Below, one piece after another: positions 1-8,411 of a stretch of 24,135 nt of DNA (positions are counted from its first letter, which is position 1; each line of letters begins with the position of its first letter). Source of the DNA: Ignavibacteriota bacterium (lineage in GTDB: Bacteria > Bacteroidota > Ignavibacteria > Kapaibacteriales > UBA2268); contig JAYTXK010000213.1 in NCBI GenBank assembly GCA_043743005.1, positions 1 through 24,135 on the forward strand, in the 5' to 3' direction. A program made the translations under genes and the position numbers. A model generated the notes under the pieces. It made no database searches, had not been told where the DNA came from, and saw only the letters and a list, made by a program, of their open reading frames with translations.

Positions 1-90
1 TACATCGGCTAAAAGTTTTAGTTCATAATTTAAATCTTCCAATTCTATTTGATTATATATATTAAATTCATTTTGTGATAAAGCAATCAT
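1..90 (-). CDS. 5' part of a hypothetical protein running off the left edge of the window
   Basis: ATG at 90-88 starts 1 nt after the stop of ORF 92..334. It reads MIALSQNEFNIYNQIELEDLNYELKLLADV with no stop up to base 1. Not in the ORF track (too short). Confidence 0.5.
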   Translation of the reverse strand, partial: MIALSQNEFNIYNQIELEDLNYELKLLADV

Positions 91-91
91 T

Positions 92-334
92 TCATTCACC
101 TATTAGTTTATTCTCATTAAAATAAAATCTTTCAAGATAATCGAAAGTTGTAAATTCCAAATCCTTTGTAATTTCTTTAGGCAGAGCATTTATAGATTCT
201 AATATTTCAAACAGATTTTTGAATATTATGTTTATATAAGAATATTTTATTTCTTCATCTAAATCTATAAAATTAAGATTGAAAAAAATGTTTAACTCAC
301 TTAGAGCTTTTTTAATTGATTTTTTCATTTGCAA
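92..334 (-). CDS. Small hypothetical protein (78-80 aa)
   Basis: ORF track; the likely start is ATG at 328 (MKKSIKK...). Apparently coupled to the ORF at 90. No recognisable motif. Confidence 0.55.
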   Translation of the reverse strand: MQMKKSIKKALSELNIFFNLNFIDLDEEIKYSYINIIFKNLFEILESINALPKEITKDLEFTTFDYLERFYFNENKLIGE

Positions 335-364
335 ACCTATTAAGTAGTTGATAAATAAATATAC

Positions 365-417
365 TATATGTATTTTATATATGTAACCATATTATAAAAA
401 TGTATAAAATACATATA
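365..417. promoter_or_regulatory. Perfect 15-bp inverted repeat (TATATGTATTTTATA / TATAAAATACATATA), operator-like
   Basis: Arms at 365-379 and 403-417 with a 23-nt spacer, in the divergent intergenic region. Function inferred. Confidence 0.4.
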
Positions 418-592
418 TAATATTGTAATGTTACATATTAGCAATACAAATATATGTATATTATACACATAAGTCAAGTATTATTTTCACTTTATTAAAT
501 TATTATTATTATTATTCTTAATTTAATATTTAAAATTTAAAATCAATATTTAATAAACAATATATTTGAATATCATATTAACAAAATATTCC

Positions 593-623
593 TTTGCTAA
601 TTCAGAAAAAAACCTTAAATTTG
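593..623 (+). promoter_or_regulatory. Bacteroidota-type primary sigma promoter (-33 TTTG, -7 TAnnTTTG) for the tRNA genes
   Basis: TTTG 593-596, 19-nt spacer, TAAATTTG 616-623; 12 nt separate it from tRNA-Val. Matches the established TTTG-N19-21-TAnnTTTG consensus. Confidence 0.7.
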
Positions 624-635
624 TATTCCTTATAT

Positions 636-710
636 GGGATGTTAGCTCAGCTGGTTCAGAGCACCTGCCTTACAAGCAGGGGGTCGGGGGTTCGAATCCC
701 TCACATCCCA
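636..710 (+). tRNA. trnV: tRNA-Val, anticodon TAC
   Basis: Acceptor stem GGGATGT/ACATCCC, D arm AGCTCAGCTGGTTCAGAGC, anticodon arm CCTGC-CT-TAC-AA-GCAGG, T loop GGTTCGAATCC. 3' CCA not fully encoded. Confidence 0.97.
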
Positions 711-727
711 CATTTTAAGTAAGAACT

Positions 728-754
728 AAGCAAGAGTAATCTTGCTTTCTTTTT
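728..754 (+). terminator. Intrinsic terminator-like hairpin after tRNA-Val
   Basis: AAGCAAGA-GTAA-TCTTGCTT followed by TCTTTTT. Confidence 0.65.
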
Positions 755-792
755 AAAATAGCTTTTTAATTTTAAATTATGATACAAATTTT

Positions 793-876
793 GCAAGAGT
801 GGCGGAACTGGTAGACGCGCTGGATTCAAAATCCAGTGGAGGCAACTCCGTAAGGGTTCGAGTCCCTTCTTTTGTA
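793..876 (+). tRNA. trnL: tRNA-Leu, anticodon CAA
   Basis: Acceptor GCAAGAG/CTTTTGT (two G-U pairs), D loop GGCGGAACTGGTAGACGC, anticodon arm CTGGA-TT-CAA-AA-TCCAG, long variable arm, T arm AAGGG-TTCGAGT-CCCTT. CCA not encoded. Confidence 0.96.
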
Positions 877-888
877 CTTGCAAATAAT

Positions 889-919
889 AAAAGGATTGTC
901 AATTTGGCAATCCTTTTTT
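889..919. terminator. Bidirectional intrinsic terminator
   Basis: AAAAGGATTGTCA-ATT-TGGCAATCCTTTTTT, with an A-tract before and a T-tract after, between tRNA-Leu and the convergent minus-strand genes. Confidence 0.8.
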
Positions 920-1189
920 ATTAAAAAATCTTTTTTCTACAATAAATATAATTACTTTATTAAATTCCATTTCTAATTCAATTAAACTTTGTTAATCGGC
1001 TCTTCCAAGTTTTTTGAATAGATTCCTTTCATAAGGCTAAACTTCTGTTAATATTCAAAGATTAAAGAAACTTTGTAATACTTTAGTATTTATATCTTCT
1101 CTAACTATTTAAACCCAGGAGAGGAGTCAAAAGTTTGGTGATTTCTGGAGCTACAAGTTTTTTAAATATAAATTAATGTAATTATCTTT

Positions 1190-1825
1190 TTACTTCAAGA
1201 CCTTTAATACATTATGAAGCATAAAATTATTTGACTGAAAAGTTATATTGTAAGTTCCATTTAAAAAATTAGATAAATTAATAGAATTTATTATTTACTT
1301 TGTATTTGTGTTTGAATTTATAATTTGCTCGTAAACCAAAATACCCAACATATTATATATTTTTAAAAAAGCATTATTTATTTCATTATCAAAATTACTA
1401 ATTATCGAGACTTCTGAATTTGCTGGGTTTGGAATTAATTGAATGTTGTTTATATTAGAATTAGTGAGCAATATTTCCTCATTTTCATTATTAATATTCG
1501 TGTGTAAGGGTTTTCTTCCTAACCATATTGCTGTTGTATGATTAGCACCTGCCGAAATAGATTTCCAATAATATGCAAAACCAATTTGAGTTGGTTTTTT
1601 CTTGCTATCATTCGTTCCATCTCCCAATTGACCTTTTTCATTATTGCCCCAAGTCCAAAGTGTACCATCTTGCTTGATTGCTAACGTATTATCAACACCT
1701 GCTGAAATTGATTTCCAATCTTTATCAATTCCTATTTGTATTGGCTTTAGCATGTAATGATTTGTTCCGTCACCCAATTGTCCATAATTATTATAACCCC
1801 AAGCCCAAAAACTTAAGCTTCTCAC
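1190..1825 (-). pseudogene. Remnant of an RCC1-repeat protein with a T9SS C-terminal domain; 5'-truncated, with an in-frame TAA at 1297-1295
   Basis: Two RCC1 repeats (WAWGYNNYGQLGDGT; LWTWGNNEKGQLGDGT), then IPNPAN. Reading past the TAA in frame gives IINSINLSNFLNGTYNITFQSNNFMLHNVLKVLK* (stop 1192-1190), which completes a typical CTD. No signal peptide; the ORF begins mid-repeat at a GTG overlapping the MFS stop. Confidence 0.8.
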
Positions 1826-3039
1826 TTTTCTATATTAATTTTAGCTATAAATGCTACAAATAATAGTAATAAGCCTGAAGCAATGAAAGTGGCGTTTATG
1901 CCAAAAAATGATGCAATATATCCTGATGAAAGGTAGGCTGCAAAAGTTCCAAACATATTCGCACTTGATGCAATTCCCATTATTCCACCTTTGCTTTCAC
2001 TTGGCACTTGCTTATTAATTGCACTATATAGTGAAGGAATAATAGCTGCTACAAAAATTCCAAACACTATACGCAAAGGAAAAAGGTAGTGATATTCGGG
2101 CATTATAATATGTAGCATTAAAAATAAAGCACAAATTGATGTAGATACAAAAACTGTTTTTCTCCAGTCTTTTTTATCGTTTCTTCTACCCCAAATTGGA
2201 GCGAACATAATTGAAAAAAGAGCAACAGTACCAAATAAAGACCCTGTAATTGTAGCAAGATGTGATTTGGGAGCTTGCAAACTTTCTACAAAAAAGGCAA
2301 ATATTGGCATAGTAAGTTGGATACCTGCTTGAGCAAATATTATTAATAGCATTAGTATTACTAATTGTTTATTTTGGTAAATAAATTTAATATTATCATT
2401 AATGCTAACTTGTTTTCTATTGCTTACTTCATATTTATCTTCTTTGAGAAAAAAGATTATTAGTAAAGTGCTGATAGTACAAAGAACACCAATGATTATA
2501 AACACTGACCTTATTCCACTTCTATCAGCAATTGTACCACCAATAAAAGGACCAATAATGCTGCCTGCCGATAGGGAACTTTGCAATACACCAATTGCAA
2601 ACCCACTTCTATCACTTGGAGTATTGGCACTTACAAAAGCAAGAGCAGAGGCAATAATTCCACTCAAAGCACCAAGTAAAAATCTACTTGCAACCAATTC
2701 ATAAACATTTGAAACATATCCCATAAGTATAATAGTAACTGTCAATCCTGCAGCAGCTCGCACATTCATCATTTTCCTACCATACTTATCTCCAATATAT
2801 CCCCAAAGTGGAGCAAAGATTACCCCTGAGAAAGTAGCAGCTCCCATTACGTAACCACTCCAAATCTTTGCATCAGCAAGATTAGTAATTCCAAGTTCTC
2901 GCACATAAAGTGGAAGAAATGGGATACAAGAAGTCATTCCAACCATTGCTATAAATTGAGCTAAGGCTAGCACAAATAAATTGCGTTTCCACAAATGTTC
3001 TTTTTCAGATGAAAAATATTGTTTGTAGTCTTTAAACAT
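1822..3039 (-). CDS. Major facilitator superfamily transporter (MdtG/DHA1-like)
   Basis: 405 aa, about 12 hydrophobic segments, motif A GYIGDKYGRK, RFLLG, LWKRNLFVL N-terminus as in MdtG-like proteins. Confidence 0.9.
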   Translation of the reverse strand: MFKDYKQYFSSEKEHLWKRNLFVLALAQFIAMVGMTSCIPFLPLYVRELGITNLADAKIWSGYVMGAATFSGVIFAPLWGYIGDKYGRKMMNVRAAAGLTVTIILMGYVSNVYELVASRFLLGALSGIIASALAFVSANTPSDRSGFAIGVLQSSLSAGSIIGPFIGGTIADRSGIRSVFIIIGVLCTISTLLIIFFLKEDKYEVSNRKQVSINDNIKFIYQNKQLVILMLLIIFAQAGIQLTMPIFAFFVESLQAPKSHLATITGSLFGTVALFSIMFAPIWGRRNDKKDWRKTVFVSTSICALFLMLHIIMPEYHYLFPLRIVFGIFVAAIIPSLYSAINKQVPSESKGGIMGIASSANMFGTFAAYLSSGYIASFFGINATFIASGLLLLFVAFIAKINIEK

Positions 3040-3800
3040 TATTTAAATTCATTTAGAAATTCTAAGGCTAACTTGCGAAATTCAGGCTTTTGAGTAATCA
3101 TAAAAGGGTGCTTGCCATAATCATAAACTACATTTCTTGACTTTGGTAATTTGTCAGCAACAGCTTTTACTTTGTCTGGAGTATTTGGAATTAGTTCATC
3201 AGTTTCAGCTGAAACACATAATATTGGGGTTAACACTTTGGATAAATCACCGTGAATTGTTAAAAGCCTTTTAGAGCCAACTCTTTCCATTAGGTCTATA
3301 TCTTGATCTACGACTGATGACCAATCTTCGCCAATCATATCTTTCCAAAAAGCTACTTGCAAAAGTGCGGTTTTTGCTTTTCTTCTTCTTCTGCCAATTG
3401 TAAGGGAATCTTCAAGAGTTAAACCAAATCCCATAAAACTATCAGCCACAAAAGCAACAAATCTATTTGGGTCAAGTGCAGTAACATTCAGTCCAGTTAA
3501 TGCACCACCACTTGTGCCAATTGCCTTTATACACTTGATTTTAAGCATATCAAGGATTTCAATACAGCATTTTGCATTATAATTCCAGTAATCATCTCTG
3601 AATTGTTCAATTCTTTCAGATAAGCCAATGCCTGGGTAATCAAATACAATTACATTATAAAACTGGCTATAATATTTAATTTCGGAACGAAACATTTTGT
3701 GGGAAACACAATTACCGTGAAGCAGTAGTAGATTTTCTTTTTTTTTATTGTCAAAAACATTATAGTAAATATTTTTACTATCATAAATATAATAGGGCAT
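3039..3800 (-). CDS. Alpha/beta-fold hydrolase
   Basis: LLLHG oxyanion motif, DYPGIGLS, nucleophile elbow GTSGG, acid in ETDELIP, His in GKHPF. TAATG coupling to the MFS gene. Confidence 0.88.
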   Translation of the reverse strand: MPYYIYDSKNIYYNVFDNKKKENLLLLHGNCVSHKMFRSEIKYYSQFYNVIVFDYPGIGLSERIEQFRDDYWNYNAKCCIEILDMLKIKCIKAIGTSGGALTGLNVTALDPNRFVAFVADSFMGFGLTLEDSLTIGRRRRKAKTALLQVAFWKDMIGEDWSSVVDQDIDLMERVGSKRLLTIHGDLSKVLTPILCVSAETDELIPNTPDKVKAVADKLPKSRNVVYDYGKHPFMITQKPEFRKLALEFLNEFK

Positions 3801-3938
3801 TTTGAATTTTATTCATAATTTAATAAATATTCTAAGCTAAGACGAATTTAGATAGGATTAAGTATAGGATTGATTTAATTTAAGAATATAAATTTTTGTT
3901 TATTAAATCTGAATTGATTTAATTAAATTGCATTCAAT

Positions 3939-5231
3939 ATGAAAACACATCACAAAATAATAAATGGCGATAGCAGAAATATGGATGAATTAAAAGATAA
4001 TTCAGTACATCTTGCTATTACTTCACCTCCATATTGGCAATTAAAAGATTATGGGACAGAAAATCAAATTGGCTACCACGATAGCTATGAAAACTACATA
4101 AATAACTTAAATTTAGTATGGAAAGAATGTTACAGAGTATTGCATAATGGCTGTAGATTATGTATAAATATAGGTGATCAGTTTGCAAGAGCCGTTTACT
4201 ATGGAAGATATAAGGTAATACCTATTCGAGAGGAAATAATTAAATTCTGTGAAAACATAGGATTTGATTATATGGGTGCCATCATTTGGCAAAAAGTAAC
4301 TACATCTAATACTACAGGTGGTGGAATTCAGATGGGTTCATATCCATACCCACGGAATGGGATTTTAAAACTTGACTATGAATTTATTCTAACTTTTAAA
4401 AAATTAGGTGATCCTCCTAAGCATACTAAAGAACAAAAAGAATTATCAAAAATGACTGCCGAAGAATGGAACACATATTTCGCAGGTCATTGGAATTTTT
4501 CTGGTGCAAGACAAAATGGACATATTGCTATGTTTCCTGAAGAACTTCCAAAAAGATTAATTAAAATGTTTTCTTTTGTAGAAGAAACAATTTTAGATCC
4601 GTTTGCAGGTAGTGGTACAACAGCTTTAGCTTCAAAAAAATTAGATAGAAACTCTGTAGGTTTTGAAATTAATCATGATTATTTACCTTTTATTAAAGAT
4701 AAATTGAACATAAGTCAAAATGATTTAGAAGGTACAAGTTATGAGTTTATAAAGCAAAATGAAAAAGGAATTGATTTTAATAATGAAATTCAAAAATTAC
4801 CTTATGTCTTTAAAGATCCTCATGTATTAGATAAAAAAATTGATATTAAAAAATTACAATTTGGTTCAAAATTAGATAAAGATAGTTCGGCAAGAGAAGA
4901 ATTTTTTACAGTAAAAGACGTAATAAGTCCTGAAAAGGTAAGATTAAGTAATGATTTAATTGTAAAGCTCATTGGGGTAAAGGAAGACCCAATAATTAAT
5001 GGTAAAGCAACAGATTTCCTAATTGATAAGACAAAAGGTAAAAGAGTTTATTTAAAATATGACAAAGTGAAATATGATTCTGAAAACAATTTAATGTGTT
5101 ACTTATATTTGGAAAATAAGACTTTTTTAAATGCTCACTTAATTAAAAATGGATTAGTACAAGTTGACAGTATCTTTGATTTTAAATATAAAGAAAAGTT
5201 TAATTTAATATTAGAGAATATAAATGTCTGA
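3939..5231 (+). CDS. Beta-class amino DNA methyltransferase (probably N4-cytosine) with a C-terminal degenerate SNase-like domain
   Basis: Motif IV TSPPYW precedes motif I LDPFAGSGTT (beta order); HIAMFPEELPKRLI. The last ~110 aa follow the thermonuclease pattern (VKLIGV...KRVYLKYD...LMCYLYL...LNAHLIKNGLV). Confidence 0.92.
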   Translation: MKTHHKIINGDSRNMDELKDNSVHLAITSPPYWQLKDYGTENQIGYHDSYENYINNLNLVWKECYRVLHNGCRLCINIGDQFARAVYYGRYKVIPIREEIIKFCENIGFDYMGAIIWQKVTTSNTTGGGIQMGSYPYPRNGILKLDYEFILTFKKLGDPPKHTKEQKELSKMTAEEWNTYFAGHWNFSGARQNGHIAMFPEELPKRLIKMFSFVEETILDPFAGSGTTALASKKLDRNSVGFEINHDYLPFIKDKLNISQNDLEGTSYEFIKQNEKGIDFNNEIQKLPYVFKDPHVLDKKIDIKKLQFGSKLDKDSSAREEFFTVKDVISPEKVRLSNDLIVKLIGVKEDPIINGKATDFLIDKTKGKRVYLKYDKVKYDSENNLMCYLYLENKTFLNAHLIKNGLVQVDSIFDFKYKEKFNLILENINV

Positions 5232-5937
5232 AATAAAGTACAATAACAATTGGATAAAAGAAGAAAATAAATTTAAAAAAGCAATAATTGGAATTAAGAT
5301 ACCAGAATTTAACTTAAGTAATGTTGATTTTGTAGAAATTAAAAATCGACAGGATTTAAATAATATTGTACCTGTATTAGGACATGCCGGTGGATGTTAC
5401 TGGATTTGGACAAATGAACCTATCAATCATTACTTTCACAAAAACAAAATACCTATGGGATTTAACGGAGGTGAAGTTATTTATAATGGAATTGCAAAAG
5501 ATGATATAAGAGGTAGAATTTCAAATCATTTGTTTTCTACTGAACATGAAGGTAGGTCTGGAATAAGTATTGACATTTACAAGCATTTATCAAGTTCACA
5601 TCATAAGAAAGCCTGTTCACTTTCTGGAAAAGTACCTTTTATATTAGATCCAATTATATTAGGTCCAAAATTAAGTACTTTGAAACAAATAAAAATTAAA
5701 ACTGATTTGTTAACTTTAACTTTAGATAGTAGTGAAATAACTTATATAACTTCTTCTCCTTTAAGTACTTTTTATTTTAGAAATGGAATTAATGTAACTG
5801 AATCAAAACACAAAAATTATGAATATAGAATATATTATATAATTGGGTTATCTACATTATATATTGAACATATTGAAAAAGAATGGAGAAAAGCAAATGG
5901 TTTGCCAAGACTATGCTCTTATAGCTCTGGAAGATAA
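5224..5937 (+). CDS. Putative GIY-YIG superfamily nuclease (divergent)
   Basis: GCY(57-59), YNG(87-89), RISNH(98-102), EHIE(215-218), PRLC(228-231). Overlaps the MTase by 8 nt and abuts the next ATG. Assignment is from the motif pattern only. Confidence 0.6.
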   Translation: MSEIKYNNNWIKEENKFKKAIIGIKIPEFNLSNVDFVEIKNRQDLNNIVPVLGHAGGCYWIWTNEPINHYFHKNKIPMGFNGGEVIYNGIAKDDIRGRISNHLFSTEHEGRSGISIDIYKHLSSSHHKKACSLSGKVPFILDPIILGPKLSTLKQIKIKTDLLTLTLDSSEITYITSSPLSTFYFRNGINVTESKHKNYEYRIYYIIGLSTLYIEHIEKEWRKANGLPRLCSYSSGR

Positions 5938-6624
5938 ATGAAAAAACACTCAAAAGAATTTGGAAAAAAAGAAAAAGTATTAAATTATGCTACTCAAACT
6001 TATCAATTATCAAGACCAAATAAAGTAGGTGCAGTTATGGCACTTATCAGAGAATGCCAACCTAAATCTTTTGATGATTGGGAAAAATGGTACTTTGAAA
6101 ATGCTGTAACAGATGGTAAAAGGCAACATAAGATTACTTTAGAAAGTTTAAAAGAACTTGGCGAAAGATTATATTCAAAAATAACAGAAATTGTAATTCC
6201 TGAATGGACAGAATCATTTAATCAACTTACTCCAGAAGATTGTGAAGAGTACATAATTAACCTGACTATTAATAGAACTTATGATGGTTATATCCGAGAA
6301 AAATCGGTAATAGAAGATAATCTTGTAAAAGAATTTAAGGAAGTTGAATTTATTCAAAGTGATTCTGAACTTGATCATGCTGGAGATATTGATTACCTTG
6401 GTTGGGTTGGTAAAAGGGCTTTTGGAATTCAGATAAAGCCAGTTACAGCCAAATCAAATTTTGGTAATTATTCTGTATCTGAAAGAATGAAATCAAGTTT
6501 TGAGGATTTTACTTCCAAATATTTTGGCAATGTATTTATTGTTTATAGTGTATCAGAAGTAATTCAAAATAAAGAAGTAATTGAAGAAATAAGATTAGAA
6601 ATAAAAAGACTTGAGGAATTGTAA
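5938..6624 (+). CDS. MjaI-family type II restriction endonuclease (PD-(D/E)xK)
   Basis: Recalled family-like segments QLSRPNKVGAVMALIRECQP and INRTYDGYIREK; catalytic-type DHAGDIDY...GIQIKP; in an operon with an SPPY MTase. The prototype MjaI recognises CTAG; the specificity here is untested. Confidence 0.78.
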   Translation: MKKHSKEFGKKEKVLNYATQTYQLSRPNKVGAVMALIRECQPKSFDDWEKWYFENAVTDGKRQHKITLESLKELGERLYSKITEIVIPEWTESFNQLTPEDCEEYIINLTINRTYDGYIREKSVIEDNLVKEFKEVEFIQSDSELDHAGDIDYLGWVGKRAFGIQIKPVTAKSNFGNYSVSERMKSSFEDFTSKYFGNVFIVYSVSEVIQNKEVIEEIRLEIKRLEEL

Positions 6625-6636
6625 TTTATATTCCCC

Positions 6637-8373
6637 TTACCCAATTTGTTGCACACTTTTTAAATATCTTTCTTTTTTAGAACTTTCGAGCATTGACAAA
6701 TCCAAAAGAATAAGACCATCAATTGAATTGGCAAAATTTTCGTCTATTCCAAAATCTATAAATTCTGTGCCTCCTTTTTTGCAAAGCTCAGTATAACTTC
6801 TAAACAAGATTGGAACAGTATAACCAAGATTTTTTAAAGAATACTTAAGAACTTTAAAGTCTTTTTCATAAGTATCTTCCGAAAATACTTCTACTAATTC
6901 ATTATGTCTGTTTTTAGTAATAACATAAGGGTGCCTTGCTTTAGTATGATATTTAGTAGTGCCATACCATTTATTGTAGAAATATATTATCAAACTTTTA
7001 GCTTCATCATTATAAAAATCACTAATACTAACAGCCCCCCAAAGATATTTTATATTTTGATTTTCTGAAATGTATGCACCAAGTCCTTTCCAAAGCAAAT
7101 CGAGGGCATTTGTTTTCCAATATTTATGCTGAACAAAACTTCTACCTAACTCTATAGAATTTTTCATTATTTCTAAAAAAGGTTCATCAAAAACAAACTG
7201 ATTGTGATTATAAATAGAAGAAACACCTTCATTATTTAATATTTCTCTACATATCCCAATACGGTACGAACCAATTATATCAAGAGTATTATCATCCCAC
7301 AGTACTAAATGCTTATATATTTTATCATATTTATCAGAGTCATATCTTTCTCCAGTCCCTTCGCCTACTTTTCTAAATGTATATTCACGTAGCCTTGCAA
7401 GTTCTTTCATTAGGTTTTTTGAAGAACCATAATCAACCAAAAAAATCATTTTATTGTCACTAGTTTTAGATAATAATTGTGACTCGTATAGTTCTTTTCT
7501 GATTAGTTTGGTTTCAATAGGGTGGATAATTGTCTTTTCAGTTTTAAAAATCCCTTCCTTCTTTTTTCCAATTCTAAAAGTATGCTTTTTTAAAAGTTTT
7601 GTCATATAATTTTGACTAACAACTCCAGAACTCAATACTGATGATGGAATTGGGTCTCCAACTGTAATGTGAATTGTCTTTCCTTTTTTATTAAACATCT
7701 CACTTGGCAGAAGAAACATTGCAAGTTTATTGCTAATTATAGAAGTAATATAAAATAGTAGTGAATTTCTGCCTTTCACATAGATAGGCAATATAGGAGC
7801 ATTATGTTTGCTTGCAAAATATAATGCACTTCGTGACCAGTCTTTATCTTTGATACCACCTGCAGTCATTCTTGAAACTTCGCCAGCAGGAAATATAATT
7901 ATAACTTCTTCATCATCTAAACATTTTTTGATTGCTAAAAGTTGATTGCGTTTTGGACCCGATGAATACAAATCAATTGGAATAAAATTACCTGAAATTG
8001 TATCAATATTTGATAAAATATTATTAGCTAATATTTTAACATCTTTTCGTACTTCGCCAATAGTTTGCAATAATACTAATCCATCTAAGCCTCCAAGTGG
8101 ATGATTGCTAACACAAATTAGCTTACCTTCAGCTGGAATTCTTTTTTTATCTTTATCTGAAATTGTAAATGAAAAATCAAGATATTCAAGAAAATCTTCA
8201 ATCATATCTAAGCCATATCTTGATTGGTGAGTATTTATGAAATTAGTCATTTCATTTACATAAAGGATTTTATGTAATAAAAATGAAATAGGTTGGCTAA
8301 TATATTTAGGGAATTTAGTTAAAAATGGCTCTAAACTTTTATCAACTATTTCAGCAAAATTTGTATTATTCAT
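6637..8373 (-). CDS. olsF: Bifunctional PlsC-like acyltransferase / GNAT N-acyltransferase (OlsF-like ornithine or amino lipid synthase)
   Basis: N-terminal HxxxxD motif NHPLGGLDG and FPAGEVS. C-terminal OlsB-like GNAT domain (LARLREYTFRKVGEG, IELGRSFV, LDLLWKGL, IDFGIDENF). Same architecture as OlsF. Confidence 0.8.
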   Translation of the reverse strand: MNNTNFAEIVDKSLEPFLTKFPKYISQPISFLLHKILYVNEMTNFINTHQSRYGLDMIEDFLEYLDFSFTISDKDKKRIPAEGKLICVSNHPLGGLDGLVLLQTIGEVRKDVKILANNILSNIDTISGNFIPIDLYSSGPKRNQLLAIKKCLDDEEVIIIFPAGEVSRMTAGGIKDKDWSRSALYFASKHNAPILPIYVKGRNSLLFYITSIISNKLAMFLLPSEMFNKKGKTIHITVGDPIPSSVLSSGVVSQNYMTKLLKKHTFRIGKKKEGIFKTEKTIIHPIETKLIRKELYESQLLSKTSDNKMIFLVDYGSSKNLMKELARLREYTFRKVGEGTGERYDSDKYDKIYKHLVLWDDNTLDIIGSYRIGICREILNNEGVSSIYNHNQFVFDEPFLEIMKNSIELGRSFVQHKYWKTNALDLLWKGLGAYISENQNIKYLWGAVSISDFYNDEAKSLIIYFYNKWYGTTKYHTKARHPYVITKNRHNELVEVFSEDTYEKDFKVLKYSLKNLGYTVPILFRSYTELCKKGGTEFIDFGIDENFANSIDGLILLDLSMLESSKKERYLKSVQQIG

Positions 8374-8403
8374 ATTTATAAATTCCTAAATTATATAACA
8401 CTA

Positions 8404-8411
8404 CAAAATTA
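8404..8411 (-). promoter_or_regulatory. -7 box TAATTTTG upstream of the olsF-like gene
   Basis: CAAAATTA on the plus strand, 30 nt upstream of the start at 8373. Confidence 0.45.

Noticed and set aside
636-876. tRNA 3' ends as integration (att) sites
   Set aside because: I found no second copy of either tRNA 3' end and no integrase in the window.
701-883. 60-aa minus-strand ORF
   Set aside because: It is the antisense of the two tRNA genes.
925-1185. Possible decayed minus-strand ORF (...VREDINTKVLQSFFNL*ILTEV*PYERNLFKKLGRAD*QSLIELEMEF)
   Set aside because: Several stops and a frame change; only a faint resemblance to the end of PemK/MazF-like proteins, too weak to call without a translated search.
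1295-1297. Stop-codon reassignment or programmed read-through as the explanation for the in-frame TAA
   Set aside because: TAA terminates many intact genes in this window, and the gene is also 5'-truncated.
1678-2704. Plus-strand ORFs 1678..1863 and 2402..2704
   Set aside because: Antisense shadows of the RCC1 remnant and the MFS gene, with no motifs.
3869-3924. 12-bp direct repeat ATTGATTTAATT upstream of the first MTase
   Set aside because: Almost pure A/T in an AT-rich spacer, with no controller gene nearby; probably chance.
5220-5940. ATAAATG at both ends of the GIY-YIG gene as a target-site duplication
   Set aside because: Only 7 bp, AT-rich, and three bases are forced by the start codons. 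It would count only if relatives show the MTase and REase joined at this heptamer.
6611-6796. 61-aa plus-strand ORF
   Set aside because: Antisense to the 3' end of the olsF-like gene.
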